Origin: Haliotis rubra
Taxonomy: Eukaryota
Reading direction: 5' to 3'
NCBI RefSeq assembly: GCF_003918875.1
Contig: NW_025766980.1
Location: 3,596,001 to 3,660,000 of the forward strand
DNA: 64,000 bases
Each line of letters begins with the position of its first letter. Positions within the stretch are counted from its first letter, which is position 1. Shown piece after piece: positions 48,697 to 62,859 of this stretch. The notes below the pieces were generated by a model that did no database searches, was not told where the DNA came from, and saw only the letters and a program-made list of their open reading frames with translations. Made by a program: the position numbers and the translations under genes.

Positions 48697-50584
48697 GTTT
48701 TAAGAACACATGCAACCGCTGAATCTGCTTGAATGTTTCGAATTGGCGTTGCCTTCAAGTTTACCTGTTCAACACAAGCTCTATCCCTGTTACACAGCTA
48801 CAGGCTTAAGGTGAAGACTTAGTATTAATTTATACCACCACGAGGCAAGAGAGGTGCCCTGTTTGCTGTGTCAGTTTGCCTAACTTGAATGTCGGGTAGC
48901 AACGAAAATATGGTCTAAAACATGTCCCTTTCCTCGAACATTTCATACAAACATAAAGGTCACAGAAATATTAGTGGTGTGATAACAGCAACAAGTTATA
49001 TATTATATATTTTTAAGTTTAATGAAATCGACGAAGACGTGGAATCTTCTTTCAAAAAGTTACCGTGATTGTATAGGGTCACAAAATCCAAATGACAACA
49101 CAGGGCTCCCTGTAATACCACTGTTCTTAGCAGTGGACGCACACAACTTCCTTATAACAACACGAATGGGCCCCACAGTAAGTTGTATCTCGCCTTCTCC
49201 GACAGTGTTAATGCTGCACACAACATATTAATTATTAATTATTCACAACACACATACACACACACACGCACTCGGATATGTGTTCATCCTGAAAAATCCT
49301 GACATAACTATACCCTATAAAGGTATTTCTGCCTTAGCAGCGGGCACTCGGTATATCGTCTTGTCAGTGTTGCCTGTTTAACGTTTTTTGTTAGACAGCC
49401 AATGAAACTGGCAGATGGACAGACAAGGTGAACATCCCGTTGCAAAAGCATTTGATTCTGGCCAAAGCGTGATCAGCAGGACATATAAAATCGACAACCC
49501 AGCGAAATGCTGTCGTTACAGTAAAGTCTTTTCGTTTGAGGTGACCTTGAAGGAATGTTAAAAAAATTGTTCCGAGGTTGTCTCCGCGTGGGACACTGCC
49601 AGTTGGGAAACTGCCATCTCAGCCTCGTGGTGCAGCAAGCCTGTGTTAAGGTAAACGGCCGACAGTGCAGATCTGGCATTGATTTATACCACCACGAAAC
49701 AAGACAGGTGCCCCCTGTTTGCTGTGTTAGTCATTACCTGAATGTAGGGTAACAACCAAACAATCATGGCCTAATGAAAGAAACATATCGCTGTACCATC
49801 TGATCTTGTTCTAGTTCCGAGGAATGTTATACTGCATCGTGGTGTTGATATGCCCCAAGCTTGTCCCACTTATCTAACCTGTCGCTGTCAGACATTTGAA
49901 ATTTCAACTGATAACCTTAAACTCTAAATGTACAAGCAAGTGTACGATTATTGTGGATTATAGTATAAAAACATCCAGTGTCTCACAGCTCACAAAACCC
50001 CCTGATATACCACCACAACAAAGTGTCCGATTGTTCCTTGGTGTCTCACGTTGTTGTGCTGTATGCTCTTTGACCTCTGTTGTGTCTTGTTGTAACATGT
50101 GATCATATTGTAGTGTGTCAGAGTGTTCTAGTGTCTGATCGTGTTGCATTGTCTAAGAATTCCTTTAGTTGATGTAAGTCACAGAGTTTGTTTTAATGAG
50201 TCAGATAGCAGCAGTATCTCAGATCGGCTTATAATGCAATATATGTCTGGTTTGCTGATACACCCGAGATGCAAGATAACTTATAACTTGAGACAAGCTA
50301 AACGAAACATTACGAAGCATTACCGAGTTTTGTAACTAGCTACGAAACATAAATTGAATGTCATACAGGAGGGGTTCCTATCTGTAAATCAACAACAAAC
50401 CTATCCGCCTTATCAACCAACAGCAGGCATAGACCCCGTAGCTTTAAGGTGACATCAGCAGTGCAAAACGAAGGATATGCCCAGTAAGATAATGCTTTGA
50501 AAATGAGTGAGAGCGATAAGTGACAGTATCATCTCCAGTTCATTATAAACTATAGCTATGTCGCTAGTCGATCGGTACTGGCCA

Positions 50585-50685
50585 GCTTGTTCCGAGGCCG
50601 TAATCAAGTAAGCCAGGTGGGAGCGTATAGCAGTACATTGTCACCCATGCCCACAATGCTTGGACACGGATGGCAGTAATAGGAC
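50585..50685 (-). pseudogene. C-type lectin fragment
   Basis: GTTCCGAGGCCG...GTAAGCCAGGTGGGAGC...ATGCTTGGACACGGATG matches the lectin coding sequence; a still more decayed piece lies near 49545-49640. Confidence 0.65.
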
Positions 50686-51175
50686 AAACGTTTTTCCCAA
50701 AATAATAACCGCAAATTGGGCAAGTAACACTTCAAGAAGTACAGAAATTCACCGTAAATTGTTATCGTTTCAATCACCAAATGAACACAGTTCCATGTCT
50801 GCAATCACACGGTGAAAGCCCAAAACCGTTTCAAGCAGTTCTCAGATGTTCTGTTTGAATGGGCTGTTTAAATCGAACAGCAAGCAATCAAACTCGTTAA
50901 ACATTTAATGTTCTGGCATTATTTACAATGACTTATGCATGCTAATACACTGACTTATTTAAATAACAACTGATAATACTTTGTCCATGTCCTTTTCAGA
51001 ATTTCCAGAGGTTATGCATATTCAGAATGAACAGAGATCATAAATAATTTTACAATCATGCAGTGGCATCACTGGAGTATACAATCAATGTATCCGTCAG
51101 TAATTATTAAAAGGCACATTTTAAACTATGCCACACATTACTAGTAGTAAGGAAAAGTCGGACTTTCTTACACTG

Positions 51176-51667
51176 TTATTTCCCAACTATTCCAGGGGTG
51201 GACTCAAGCTCCAGTTCACATAAGAAAAACTCCTTGGCCTGACATTGATTGTCGTCCCACCGGTAGTCGCCTTTCTTGTACATCATCAGACAGAACTGGA
51301 TATTGTGAACATGATCTGGCTCCCCAGGAGCCCACCAGGTACTGGCGATTCGGGTGTTCTGAAATCCCCACTGCCACTCGTTCTCTATCAGGTATGTCAA
51401 CCCACCGATCCAGACTCCATCAGTAGTTATAGTAGAGTCTTCTCGTTTGAGCTAACCTTCAAGGAATGTCTGTTCCGAGGGCGTCTTCACGTAAGCCAGG
51501 TGGGAGCCTATAGCCTGACAGTACACGGCTGCCTCTGCCCATGATGCATCGAAACGAATGAGGCCGTAGCAGGAGTCGTCGTGGCGCAGGAAGCCGTTGG
51601 GACAGTCACTGGAAACCACGTGCATAAATCCCAAGAGGACAGTGATACTTATTGATGAGTAAAACAT
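51176..51667 (-). pseudogene. C-type lectin copy 5 (EPD/WDD) with one in-frame stop
   Basis: 492 nt, same length and frame as copy 4; TAT>TAG at 51452-51454 is the only lesion. Confidence 0.9.
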
Positions 51668-52562
51668 GTTTTAAGAACACTTGCAACCAGTGTGGCTTCA
51701 AGTTTACCTGTTCAACACAATCTCTACCCCTGCGACACAGCTACAGGTTAAAAGTGCAGACTTGGTATTGATTTACACCACCACGATGCAAGAGAGGTGC
51801 ACCCTGTTTGCTGTATCAGTCAGCATAACCTGAATGTCGGGTAGCAACCAAACTATGGTCTGAATCGTGTCCCTTTCCCTTAACTTTTCATACAAACATA
51901 AAGGTCTCAGACATATTAGTTGTGTGATAACAGCAACAAGTTGTATATCATATATGTTTAAGTTAAATGAAATCGACGAACACATTTAGATGTTCTTTCT
52001 GAATGTTACTGTGATTGTATAGGGTCACAGAATCCAAATGACATCATAGGCTATCAACCATATAAATGCATGTACATTGCACTGTTAGCGGTAACGGGGC
52101 TCCCTTTAATACCACTGTTCTTAGCAGTGGACGCACACAACTACCTTATTACGAAGCGAATGGGCCCAACAGTAAATTGTATCACTCACTCACTCTCTCT
52201 CTCTCTCTCACACACACATACACACACACATACACACACACACTTTAATATGTGTTTGTGTCACGTAATAAGTGTAGACACTTGATGTCTACGCCTAAAG
52301 TGATCGTATCTAATCTATCTAACATAACATATATAAATCGTGTATAGATTATGCACTAGCATGCATAATGTCTACAAAGATATCTCTGATTTTACACTGA
52401 TTTTGAGATTACATGTATATTCAAGTGTTGCCGAAAACAGTAAACTAAAGGATTGTTAGGACACTAAGATTAGTATCGTAAGAAAAACGTTTTCAGACCA
52501 TAAACAACAAAGGAATTGTATTTAAATGCAATAGTAGTGTACGTCTACTATTCATTGTTAAC

Positions 52563-52721
52563 GGGCGTAGTAGTTTAAGCGTTTGCTCGTCACACTGAAA
52601 ACCCGGGTTAAGTTCTCCACATAGGTACAGTGTGTGGCCATTTTTACTTACCTCGTCGGGATATTGTTTTAACTTTGCTAAAAAGCTGTGTAAAGGTACA
52701 TTCACTCACTCACTCACTCAC
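52563..52721 (+). mobile_element. SINE family A, diverged; paralogous to the copy at 29945-30070
   Basis: GTTTAAGCGTTTGCTCGTCAC...AAACCCGGG...(CACT)n; flanks shared with 29.9-30.3 kb. Confidence 0.7.
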
Positions 52722-53943
52722 TTTGTCTGTGCAAACCTATGCGCGTGATTAATCATGTAACAAATGTTATATTTGGGATACCACTCTATACACTTTGGGA
52801 TTTACAAATATAACATTTGTTACATTTGGCCTCTTTATAAAAGACATCGTGTATTTTCGATTAATCATGTTTCTGTTATGTGTGATCTTGTGTTGAAGCA
52901 TGGAACCTCAATGCTCCCCGAAGACTTATGTCCTATCAGAGCTGAAAGGTCGCTCTGTGTACAATCAGGCTTGTGTTTGAGTCGGTAGACAACAGTGTGA
53001 AAAACGTTAAAAGATCATTGTATGCTAAGAGTACTGGCATGTTAAAGCGACATGCCTATCTCTATTGATTTCGTTGTAGCTCACATGATATATTTACTGA
53101 AACAGACATGTATATAAGTATTTTGTTGGAACATAGACTATGTAGATTTCGAAAAAAAATGTTTGATGTGAAGATAGACATCACTTTATATGTGTATGTC
53201 CACATTATTCTACGATCAAAATGTTAACAAAGTAACACAGTTTATAACCTGATGACGTGGCTGTACAGAATCTTTCAGGAATGTATCTATATCTGTAACG
53301 AATTTGTAACATGCTCCAAATGTTACTTTGCAATAAATATCGCTTACATCCCTGCTCATTAATAACACAGGTAAGCACACCTTTGAACCCTTATTCCTTG
53401 GTATTTTGTATTGTGAAAACAGGAAAACAGCAGAGGTATATTTCTTGAGGTTTGACATGTTATGCAGTAGCATAAAATATTGACGGTTTTATGTCACAGT
53501 TTCACACACCAACGGAGGCTCTAAAGGTGATGGAATACACTATGCAAAGCAGAAGTTTTCAACACTAGAACTAACTCATGTAGTGACTTTTACAATTTCC
53601 TGATTAGTAAACATAAAATAATCAAATAAACTTAACTTTTCATTAAATTTTTATGACGGGGTACCATGTTGGAGCGGGATATTAATAGCGATCCAAACCA
53701 TCAGCCATAATATCTGTCGAGTGCATAAATACTATCAAACTATCAATACTTTTCATGACTGGTTTATTGTCTAACTAAAACGACATAAAACATAGCGAAA
53801 AAGATAACCAGTTCACAAATAATGAATGTCTTCCTTTTCTAAACACGGAATAAGTCATTCACATATTTACTGTGTCCAGGACGATGTCCAGTAGTGTCCG
53901 CTGAGTAGACATTTGTTACGTACCCTTTAGCTGAACAGAAATG

Positions 53944-54432
53944 TTATTTTCCTGTAATGTTAGGTACATCTTTGAGCTCAAGCTCACACAGGAAGTAATG
54001 TGGGTAGCTGCAATCAGCATCATCCCACTTGAATGCCTGAGGTTTATACAACATGAGACAAAACTGGTCCCCGTCATGATTTGGGTTTCCCGGAGACCAC
54101 CACGTATTGGCGATGCGCCCGCCTTTAAAGCCCCACTGCCACTCGTTTTCTGTCAGGTAGGTCAAACCAGCCAGCCAGACTCCAGAGGACTGTATAGTTG
54201 ATGATTCTCGCTTGAGATACCCTTCCAGAAAAGTCTGTTCAGCAGCTGTTTCGACATATGCAAGATGGGAACCTATGGCCTGACAGTACACAGCCGCATC
54301 CGCCCATGTGGCTGTAAAGCGTATAAGACTGTAGCAGGAATCAACCTGACGTGTGAACCCGCTAGGGCAATTTTCAGCTGAAATCTTCGTAACAGCCAGG
54401 AAGAGAAGGAACGTCACAGATGGGATCCACAT
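53944..54432 (-). CDS. Perlucin-like C-type lectin, copy 6 (162 aa, NPN/WDD; most divergent)
   Basis: Signal peptide, CTLD, WLAG, WDD; ends PNITGK. Confidence 0.92.
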   Translation of the reverse strand: MWIPSVTFLLFLAVTKISAENCPSGFTRQVDSCYSLIRFTATWADAAVYCQAIGSHLAYVETAAEQTFLEGYLKRESSTIQSSGVWLAGLTYLTENEWQWGFKGGRIANTWWSPGNPNHDGDQFCLMLYKPQAFKWDDADCSYPHYFLCELELKDVPNITGK

Positions 54433-56729
54433 TGTTGTCGTGCTTCAGATCAGACGCTCTGTACTGTAGCTCACTATAGGACGTTTTGTCACTGAAGGTA
54501 CACCCCTGAATGGTAACCCTCCTTGCTTTATCCCTTTTATTGTCAATGCAATCTCAAGCCCTTGACTTAAATGTCAACAACTCATTGTTTCAAGAGTTAA
54601 ACCGTTATAAATTTGGACTTTGAGATTGATTCCCCTTTTAAACAATGAACGACCTTCAATGTGCGTCGACCAATTTAAGTTGTCAAACCAAACAATGGCT
54701 CCCACAATCTTAATTTCAAACTGTCTTGTCTGCGCCAGTGATAATATAAGTAAATCCGGGGAATCTACGGCATCCAAGGAGGGACGTAGTCGTGTTGTTG
54801 CATTGTCGCTTCACAAAATTGCCCAAAGTAGCAATATTAACCTCGGTACCACGGCACAACGGCACCACATCAATAAAGTGCGACAAAGTGAAATTCTGAC
54901 CAGGTCTCGCTTTTCATTCCACTTTGGCAAAAGTTGTGCTCCTTATGAAACTGTATTTGATTCCAGAAGCAGTGATTAACAAAAAGATCATTATGGTGCA
55001 CTCTATAAATGAGTGTTTTAACATTACGACTTGAACGTTGTGAGTGACTGGTGTAACATTTCGCATCGCATGAGCCATTTGGCGATAGATCAACGCTATC
55101 CCTGGCACTTACGTGAATATTTTCAAATCTACAGTCGCAGTACTGACTCCGCATTTTTGAAGGAGGTGTACACTTGCGGTGAGGTGAAATGGGGTTTAAC
55201 GTAGCCTTTATGATTATTACTCTGATGTAAAAATTAACATTATGGCGATGTACTCGCACGTAATTTTGTGTGGCTATTTGAAGTAGTCTGGTCAAGTGCC
55301 TGTTTTGATGGTGTCAGCCCACGGCGCTACCAAATTTCATTATATAACATTATAGCCTGAAACTCACACTCTGACCATAGATATTTTCAACAACACTTCA
55401 AGGGGCAAATACACATTACATTCTATTCTTTTCAAACTCAACCTTCACAGGAGCTTAAACCAGCTCTAGGTCACAACTCGTTGATCAAGTCATAACCATG
55501 AGACACGATGTTACCTTTCACTGTTAGAAAAGGAGGAGTTGTCCCATATACTCTTTCTCAACACTGATGTACATCACAATTGTGCCAATTGACAGTAATA
55601 TTAAAGCATTTAGCCTTTTCAAATTGCCGTTAAATATATCACTGTTACAGACAGTTAAATTGACGAATTTACGCGTGTACGTAAGATGGGGAAAGAATTT
55701 TCGAATTAAAAATTGAAACAGTGAATCATCGTCGGTATGATTTATTATGGATCACTATCCATGTTATTACACGGAATTTTGAAATGCCACATACATCTCT
55801 TGTAAGCATTTCCCCAGGAGCTGCATATCCCGAAGTATCATACGTCTTACACATTCTGAACATGCACTGGCATTACCAGGGTAACTGGTCCAATCAATTC
55901 AGTGTTAAAACATACTGCGATATTCAAACAAACAAACAAACAAACTCTTACATTTAAATTAGAAACACAATACTGTCTCAAGGGACTCAATATGTGTCAG
56001 CCTCATACTCCACCAGGTAGTGGTGGTTTGGATATTTACCAAGTCCATCTAACCGCCTATCCATACACTATCAGTTTTTACTGTGGCTTAAGCATATGTA
56101 TTCACATGATCATGACGGGATTGGCAAACAAATATAAACATGCTTATATCAATGCCGCTCCCGAAGAATAATACAATTACATAGGTAGTGACGTACAAAT
56201 GGACTGGGTGTTAAATATATTAGAAATCTCTTGAGGATATAATGTGTGACAATTTACAGAGAATCTATGAAGGCAAATAAACCCAGTTTCAAAGTTAAGT
56301 AGCTAATATGATGTCAAGGTACCAAGATGTCACGATAACAGTTTTTAGTGTAGAGTCTTCACCTTGAGACAACCTTTGTGATATGGCAGTGTTATTCATT
56401 TCAATTCTCACATTACCTTTCGACAAATTATGGCGTGAAGATCATTGTTTTCACCCTGCTTGATTACTCTTACTGCCAGGTGAAAAAATATTACCATTGA
56501 TTTATTGATATTTCCAATGCTATATTATTCTACACTGGCTTTGTAATGGAAGTACCTTTAAATTTTGTATTGCCACCATATCGTGTACTGTCATTATGAT
56601 TACATTGCAGTTATTTGGATGGATTTTAAAACCTATTCTTGCTTGTTTGTATGTCACTCACTCACTCACTTTTCCTTAAAGTTTTATTGGCTTAGTTATA
56701 GTTTCCACGTGAAAATCGACACCTGACAC

Positions 56730-57180
56730 TTTCCACAAAGATGTGTTCCGAGGCTTCCTCTGTGTAGGGCGGATTTGGGCCTTTAAAATAGCCTGACAGT
56801 TCCCATAGGTTCCCATCTTGCGCGGCCACCTCCGCCCATGATGCTTGGACACGGATGAGGCTGTAGAAGGAGTTGTCGTGGCACAGGAAGCCGTTGGGAC
56901 AGGACTAGTCTGTCGTACAGACCCTGAAGTAAATATATCCAAGAAAGCCCACACAAGTCTAGAAAATGTGGCAAGTCTAGATTTCCTCAGCTTCAGAAAA
57001 TGAAGAAAGTCTCAGGGCTCCTTTTCATTATATATATATTTTTTTTACTATGAACTTTTTTCCCAGTAAAATATGTTCATTTCAGAGACTAGTTGTTAGT
57101 CTAGGACAGGACTCACACCACACCACACGCGTGGTTGTAGCCAAGATGAGGATTACAGTTACACCAGACAGCTTGAACAT
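56730..57180 (-). pseudogene. C-type lectin pseudogene of the copy-1/2 type, split by a 197-bp insert
   Basis: ATG at 57180 with MFKLSGVTVILILAT; insert 56907-57103 flanked by TSD GGACAGGACT; 3' half lost or scattered (piece near 56350). Confidence 0.8.
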
Positions 57181-60100
57181 GACTGTGTGTTTGAAACGAT
57201 GCTTCAGTGCGTTTTGTGTAACGTTGATTGGAACGTTTTTGTGTTTGTCGCTTCCCACGGCTTTACCTGAATAGGTTATCTAGTATGGACTAAAGCGACA
57301 AGGACACGTTGGCCGAAGTGTTTCAAGTCCCTTCTTGATCATATCTCATCTTTCAACCCAGCAGCAAAACTCTCCACGAAATATGTAATCAGTTGCGAGG
57401 GGCGTTGAAAAAGTAGTCAAACCCACCTAGAAAATGATACAAATGCAGCGGTTTTATGTTAAAGTTTCTACATACTATCTGCCAACCTCAAGCAAATTGG
57501 TTTTGGTATGTTGCAGTCTGACGATTCCCATTTGTTTTACTTTTTATCTCCGGGTTCGGTTCCCTGCTGTGATATTGCCTGAATATTGCTCAAAACGACG
57601 TAAAATCATACTCACTCACTCACTCGCTAGTGCGTGTTCATGTGAAGTGTATTTATCCTTTATCATTTTACTCTCATGCTTATATTTTCTATAAACAAAG
57701 AAATAAAGAACAGGTTACACCTAGATGATTTTTAAATATAATATCCCAAAGCCAAATAGCAAGTATGTAATTGGTGGCGAGATTGTGGACTGTTTTGTTT
57801 CTCAATATATTTTGGTGAGGCATCTCAGTGCTCTAGTATCACACAATGTGATGATAGCAATAATACTGCATTGTGTCATAGCAGCTTAGTGCCTCACGAT
57901 AGTGTTGTAATGTCGCACAATGTTTAATTGTGGTATTGAAGTTTCACACAGTGGCGTGACAGCGCTAAGACCTCGCGGAGACAACGTCAGGTTGACGCAT
58001 TTGTCCCAATTAAAAGAAGCTGCCCTAAAAGGTACCAGTCATGCTTCCACCAGCTATTACACTGTACGTGTTAGTTGCCAGCACACAGCACCTGATGTGA
58101 ACACGAGAAAGCGTGGGTAAATACATTTACACTTGCGCGGAGCTGAAATATTGCAATTTAAAGAAGAAACTACAGTTGGGTTTTGAATTCTCTGCACTTT
58201 GTTTCACGCAGTAAGATCGAAACTACTAGTGTAGGTAATGGGCATCCCACTATTCATATGTTTCGTTAAAGTAAGTACATAGATTTATTACTGGCAAATA
58301 CACATGTACGCAAGCAAGTTGTAAGTTCACTCTTTAAACGTTTTGTAGTTCTTTGTTGTTTTAATATTAACAAGGATCATAACATTATAAACGCTGGGTA
58401 TAATGTTTTAAAAAGTCATCTGTCCTAAATGTGCGTGATGATTTGTTCCTCTGGTTCACTGTTAAAGTATGTCGGTGCTTGTTTTCAGCTCCATGTCTCT
58501 ATGGTATCTGCCAGTTTCAGTCACACTATCGTCTACTGTAACCAGTGACAGACTTTGTCGGTGAGGTGTATGCAGAACAACCTGACACAGACCACGGGAG
58601 CAAACACTGATCTAAACTGTCAACAGTATTCATGTCCTTATCTCACTTTAATGTATTCGTGTAAGACAAAAAACACATCCTCACATTGTTGGTTTTACTG
58701 CTTAATGAATTAATTATGATTTAGACAGTCAGTTTGACAGTTTATTCGTTGTTTAGGTTTATCGTCATTGCTTGGCATTGTGTATAACAAAATACCAATT
58801 CGCCAAACCATAGTTTCTTGTAAGGGTTAGGATTGGTCTTGATGTCGCTTAAATTCTACACTCCCCACCCTCCAAACAAACACCCAAACAGAAACTGCGT
58901 CCAGAGCACGTGTTAGTAGTGGTTCGAATCCAGGATATATACCGGGTTTTGACCTGTGAGCACCATACCCGAGCTCATGGGTTTCACCAAAGTGGTAGCT
59001 GTCCACACCTATAATCATCATCATTTTCATGCCATGATATCACTGATATATACAGCTGAAAATGGATGTAAACACAAATAACGTATGGAAATCTCAACAC
59101 ACACACCCCCATCTCTCTCTCTCTGTGCGACATCATTATACTTAAAATATAAAATCGTGTCTATTTTATGTCAAAATGGTATTTACATTACAGCAATGCA
59201 TCATATGTGCTTCGCGTGATTTAAGAAATTGCTTATTTGCTCCATATGGATAATGAATGCAAGATTTCTATGTGTAAAGTTCTGTTGCATGAAAGCAAAC
59301 AAATTTCGAAACACTTTGGTTGAATATCATATTGCTTTTGTGAAAACAACACTGAGTTAGACATAGTGTTATAATTGCTTTCATTACATTTACGCAACTC
59401 CACAGTGTATATATGTTCGAGCTCTTTTCCAAAAGGGGAAGAGCACCCCTCCAACTTTCCAAGTACAGTTTACGAATAATGAATATTTGAATGTTTTACT
59501 AAGTTTACAAACTGTTGTTACTTTCTCTGAGCTAGAAACACAGACAATGCAATGTTATGTATCTACCCTAGACTATCAGGGGTGGTGGGGTAACCTGGTG
59601 GTTAGAGCGCTCATCCACCTAGGACACGGTGTGGAGCACCCACCGTGGATATTGCTAAACTCAACGCAAAACTATATTCATGAAGCATCAGTGCGTCTAT
59701 TCTTGTGCATACCACCCAAGCCTCATACGACACGACTGGCTTAACCCTATCATTGTTACAAGGTGAACTTTCCGCCACTGCGTATTTTATTCAGGATTAT
59801 AAAAAATAGAATAATCTGTATCACCGATCCCGAAAGATACATTGTATAAAAATAATATATTCAGCACAATTTGCGCACATCATGTCCTTGATATTGTTTT
59901 AACGTATATCTAAATAATGTCCGCCTTCTCAGATGCTAAAGGCTTCACACTACGAGTGCATGTCTCCGCACTCACCCAGGTTAAGGTATACAAACAATGC
60001 AGGCAGTAACCCCGCAGGACGGGTTATGTTTACTGCATGGTGGAGACCCGGATGGAAAGCTTTTCATGTTTGCCTAAATTGTAAAGACGACCTCGTTCAT

Positions 60101-61029
60101 GCTATATCGGGGAGTTTCCGCTTGAATGGTTTGGAATGTAAATCTGATCAGTAAACTGACGGGTCTGAGAGACACACCTTGTCTCACAACACCTTCTGGT
60201 ACAAGTTATTTTGGACGTTCGTATAATTCACGATAAGGTAAGCCTAAATGTTTTAGATATAGATTCAAGGAAGGTTGCAGTTGTATGGAGCTCAGGTCTA
60301 ACCTGGGACAGGTAACATGTCGACGACATTTCCGTTGCAGCGTTTGTCAGACGCCATTACAGAAGCTTTACATTCGGCTACAACTTAACCATACGCATTT
60401 GCAACTTGTCTTGCAGCGCTTGTATGTGACCAACTGATGTTGATGTGAGGATATTTTCCTATCTGATATTGATATACTACCATATATTCATGTACGTTTG
60501 GGGGAATTAACGACGTAATAGATTCACTGCATCAGTACATAGCTATGTCTACATCTCCGTCTTTATTGTGATAGGTTAACGTACCTATGTAACATTTCCA
60601 GTCTATAGTATCTTGTAAACGAAATAATTTATTTGTCTTTCTTGCAACACGCCACATCGTCGCCACTTAACAATTGTAGGTATTGCTTTCGCGGACAGCC
60701 CGGTCAACCAACATCGACGTCAGTACAAGCCATTAGTCATACAAGACTGACATTTGCCGTGCAAAACACTCACTCCTGTGACCTAGCATTGTGTACCAGG
60801 ATACATACACCTGAACCTGTCTAATTGTGAAATACATACACGCTTTAAGGTAACTCCACTTGAAGCGCTTTGTTTAAATGACATTGGCAATGACATTACT
60901 ATTTCTTTTCACAAATATCTTATAATTCTTATAATTCTACACGTTTCGTTGTGATACATGTGCATATGCTGTCGTAAATACGTTCAGTGTTGTTTACGTA
61001 GGGTTGTTGCAAAATACAAGAACTGTCAT

Positions 61030-61137
61030 GGGAGGATACCAGAAACTGGCTTCAAGCATTGCACCCATGGATGGAATCGAACTCGGACTTTCGGCGTGAC
61101 GAGCGAATGCTTTAATCAATAGGATACCTACAGCCCC
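61030..61137 (-). mobile_element. SINE family A, diverged
   Basis: GGAATCGAACTCGGACTTTCGGCGTGACGAGCGAATGCTTTAA; other decayed copies at ~57550-57625 and ~59579-59675. Confidence 0.7.
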
Positions 61138-61849
61138 TAATACACGTTAAAACAGAGACGCATTTAATGACATTAGTAACATACCCTGTTAATGTGATTA
61201 ATATTTGTTAAACATTAAAACTATGTGGTCATTGTATACAATAGATAATCAGTTGGAAATCAACAGAAATTAATTACATCTGAGCGACTACAGATAATGC
61301 ATGTCAGTGACTCCTTATGGGGAGGGAGAGTTAAAATATGTCCCTGGGTAATGAGGCGACTACATGCGTTCAGGCGATCAAAGGATATCACTTGGCGGTC
61401 TTCGTGTCATGATGGTTTGGATCGAACTCCAGTCACTGGTTTGTCCCGTCCACATAAGACAGGGACATGTCATCTTGATATTGAATCAGACGTTAATGAC
61501 AGATTCCGGATTGTAGGAAAGTGGTGTTGAGTTAGGACGACATCTTGCTGTGTCACTCAGTCGCGGGAATAAAGGTATTCCACTATATAGGCCAAACTTT
61601 GTATAGCTTCTTAACAATTATCAGCTGACTGGTATATTTCAAAGCATTGAAAGCTGTGGCAGTTCCCGTTGAACAGCTCGGAGCTTGGATCCGCGTCACT
61701 GCTCACGTGCACATTATAGGAGTTCTTTACAGTTTGGGCGATAACACGATGTTTTTTCTTCCATTGCAACACACATCCAAACACATTAAAACTCACACAA
61801 CCATATCCATGTTCATCAAAACCAACCCACACCATAAATCCACACCCAC

Positions 61850-62774
61850 AGACATAAACCCACATTTAAACGCACCCACCCACCCACATCCACACACATC
61901 CATAAACGTCATCTAAACATCAACCCACAACTCACATCTACACATGCCCACATCTAAACATCAACCCACACTACAACCCACACCTACACACGTCCACATC
62001 TAAACATCAACCTACACCCACACAACCCACACCTACACACCTCCACATCTAAACATCAACCTACACGCACACTACAACTCACATCTACAAACCCCCACAT
62101 CTAAACATCAACCCACATTCACAAAACTCACATCTACACATCTCCACATCTAAACATCAACACACATTCACAAAACTCACGCCTACACACGTCCACATCT
62201 AAACATCAACCTACACCCACACTACAACTCAGATGTACACATGCCCACATATAAACATCCACACACATCCACAAACAGCACTTTACATCTACACACGTCT
62301 ACATCTAAACATCAACCCACATTCACACACAACAACTCACATCTACACATGCCCACATATAAACGTCAACCCACATCCACAAAAAACACTTTACATCAAC
62401 ACACGTCCACATATAGACATCAACCCACATTCAAAGATCCGATCACTTTATTCAGAATTAAAGGCCATGTGGCCAAAAATACAACAGGTATTACAACATT
62501 GTCATGGTGTGTAGAGTTGAAATATAATACATGATAATACACATCGTGCTAACGTAGATTTTGCTTCAGGAATATACATATCCCTTTAGGAACATTGATA
62601 TTTTGTATCTTCATAAGGGCTCGAAATTTGACACGTGAAGGCGGGCTGTAGAAATAGGTACGAATACATTCGGATCTGCATCGGTTGTAAAATGGACATA
62701 TTAGCAACATGTGATCTTCAAGCAAGTTTAAATTACATTTGTTACAAACTAATATATTATATCTTTGAAAAACG

Positions 62775-62859
<85 letters not shown>

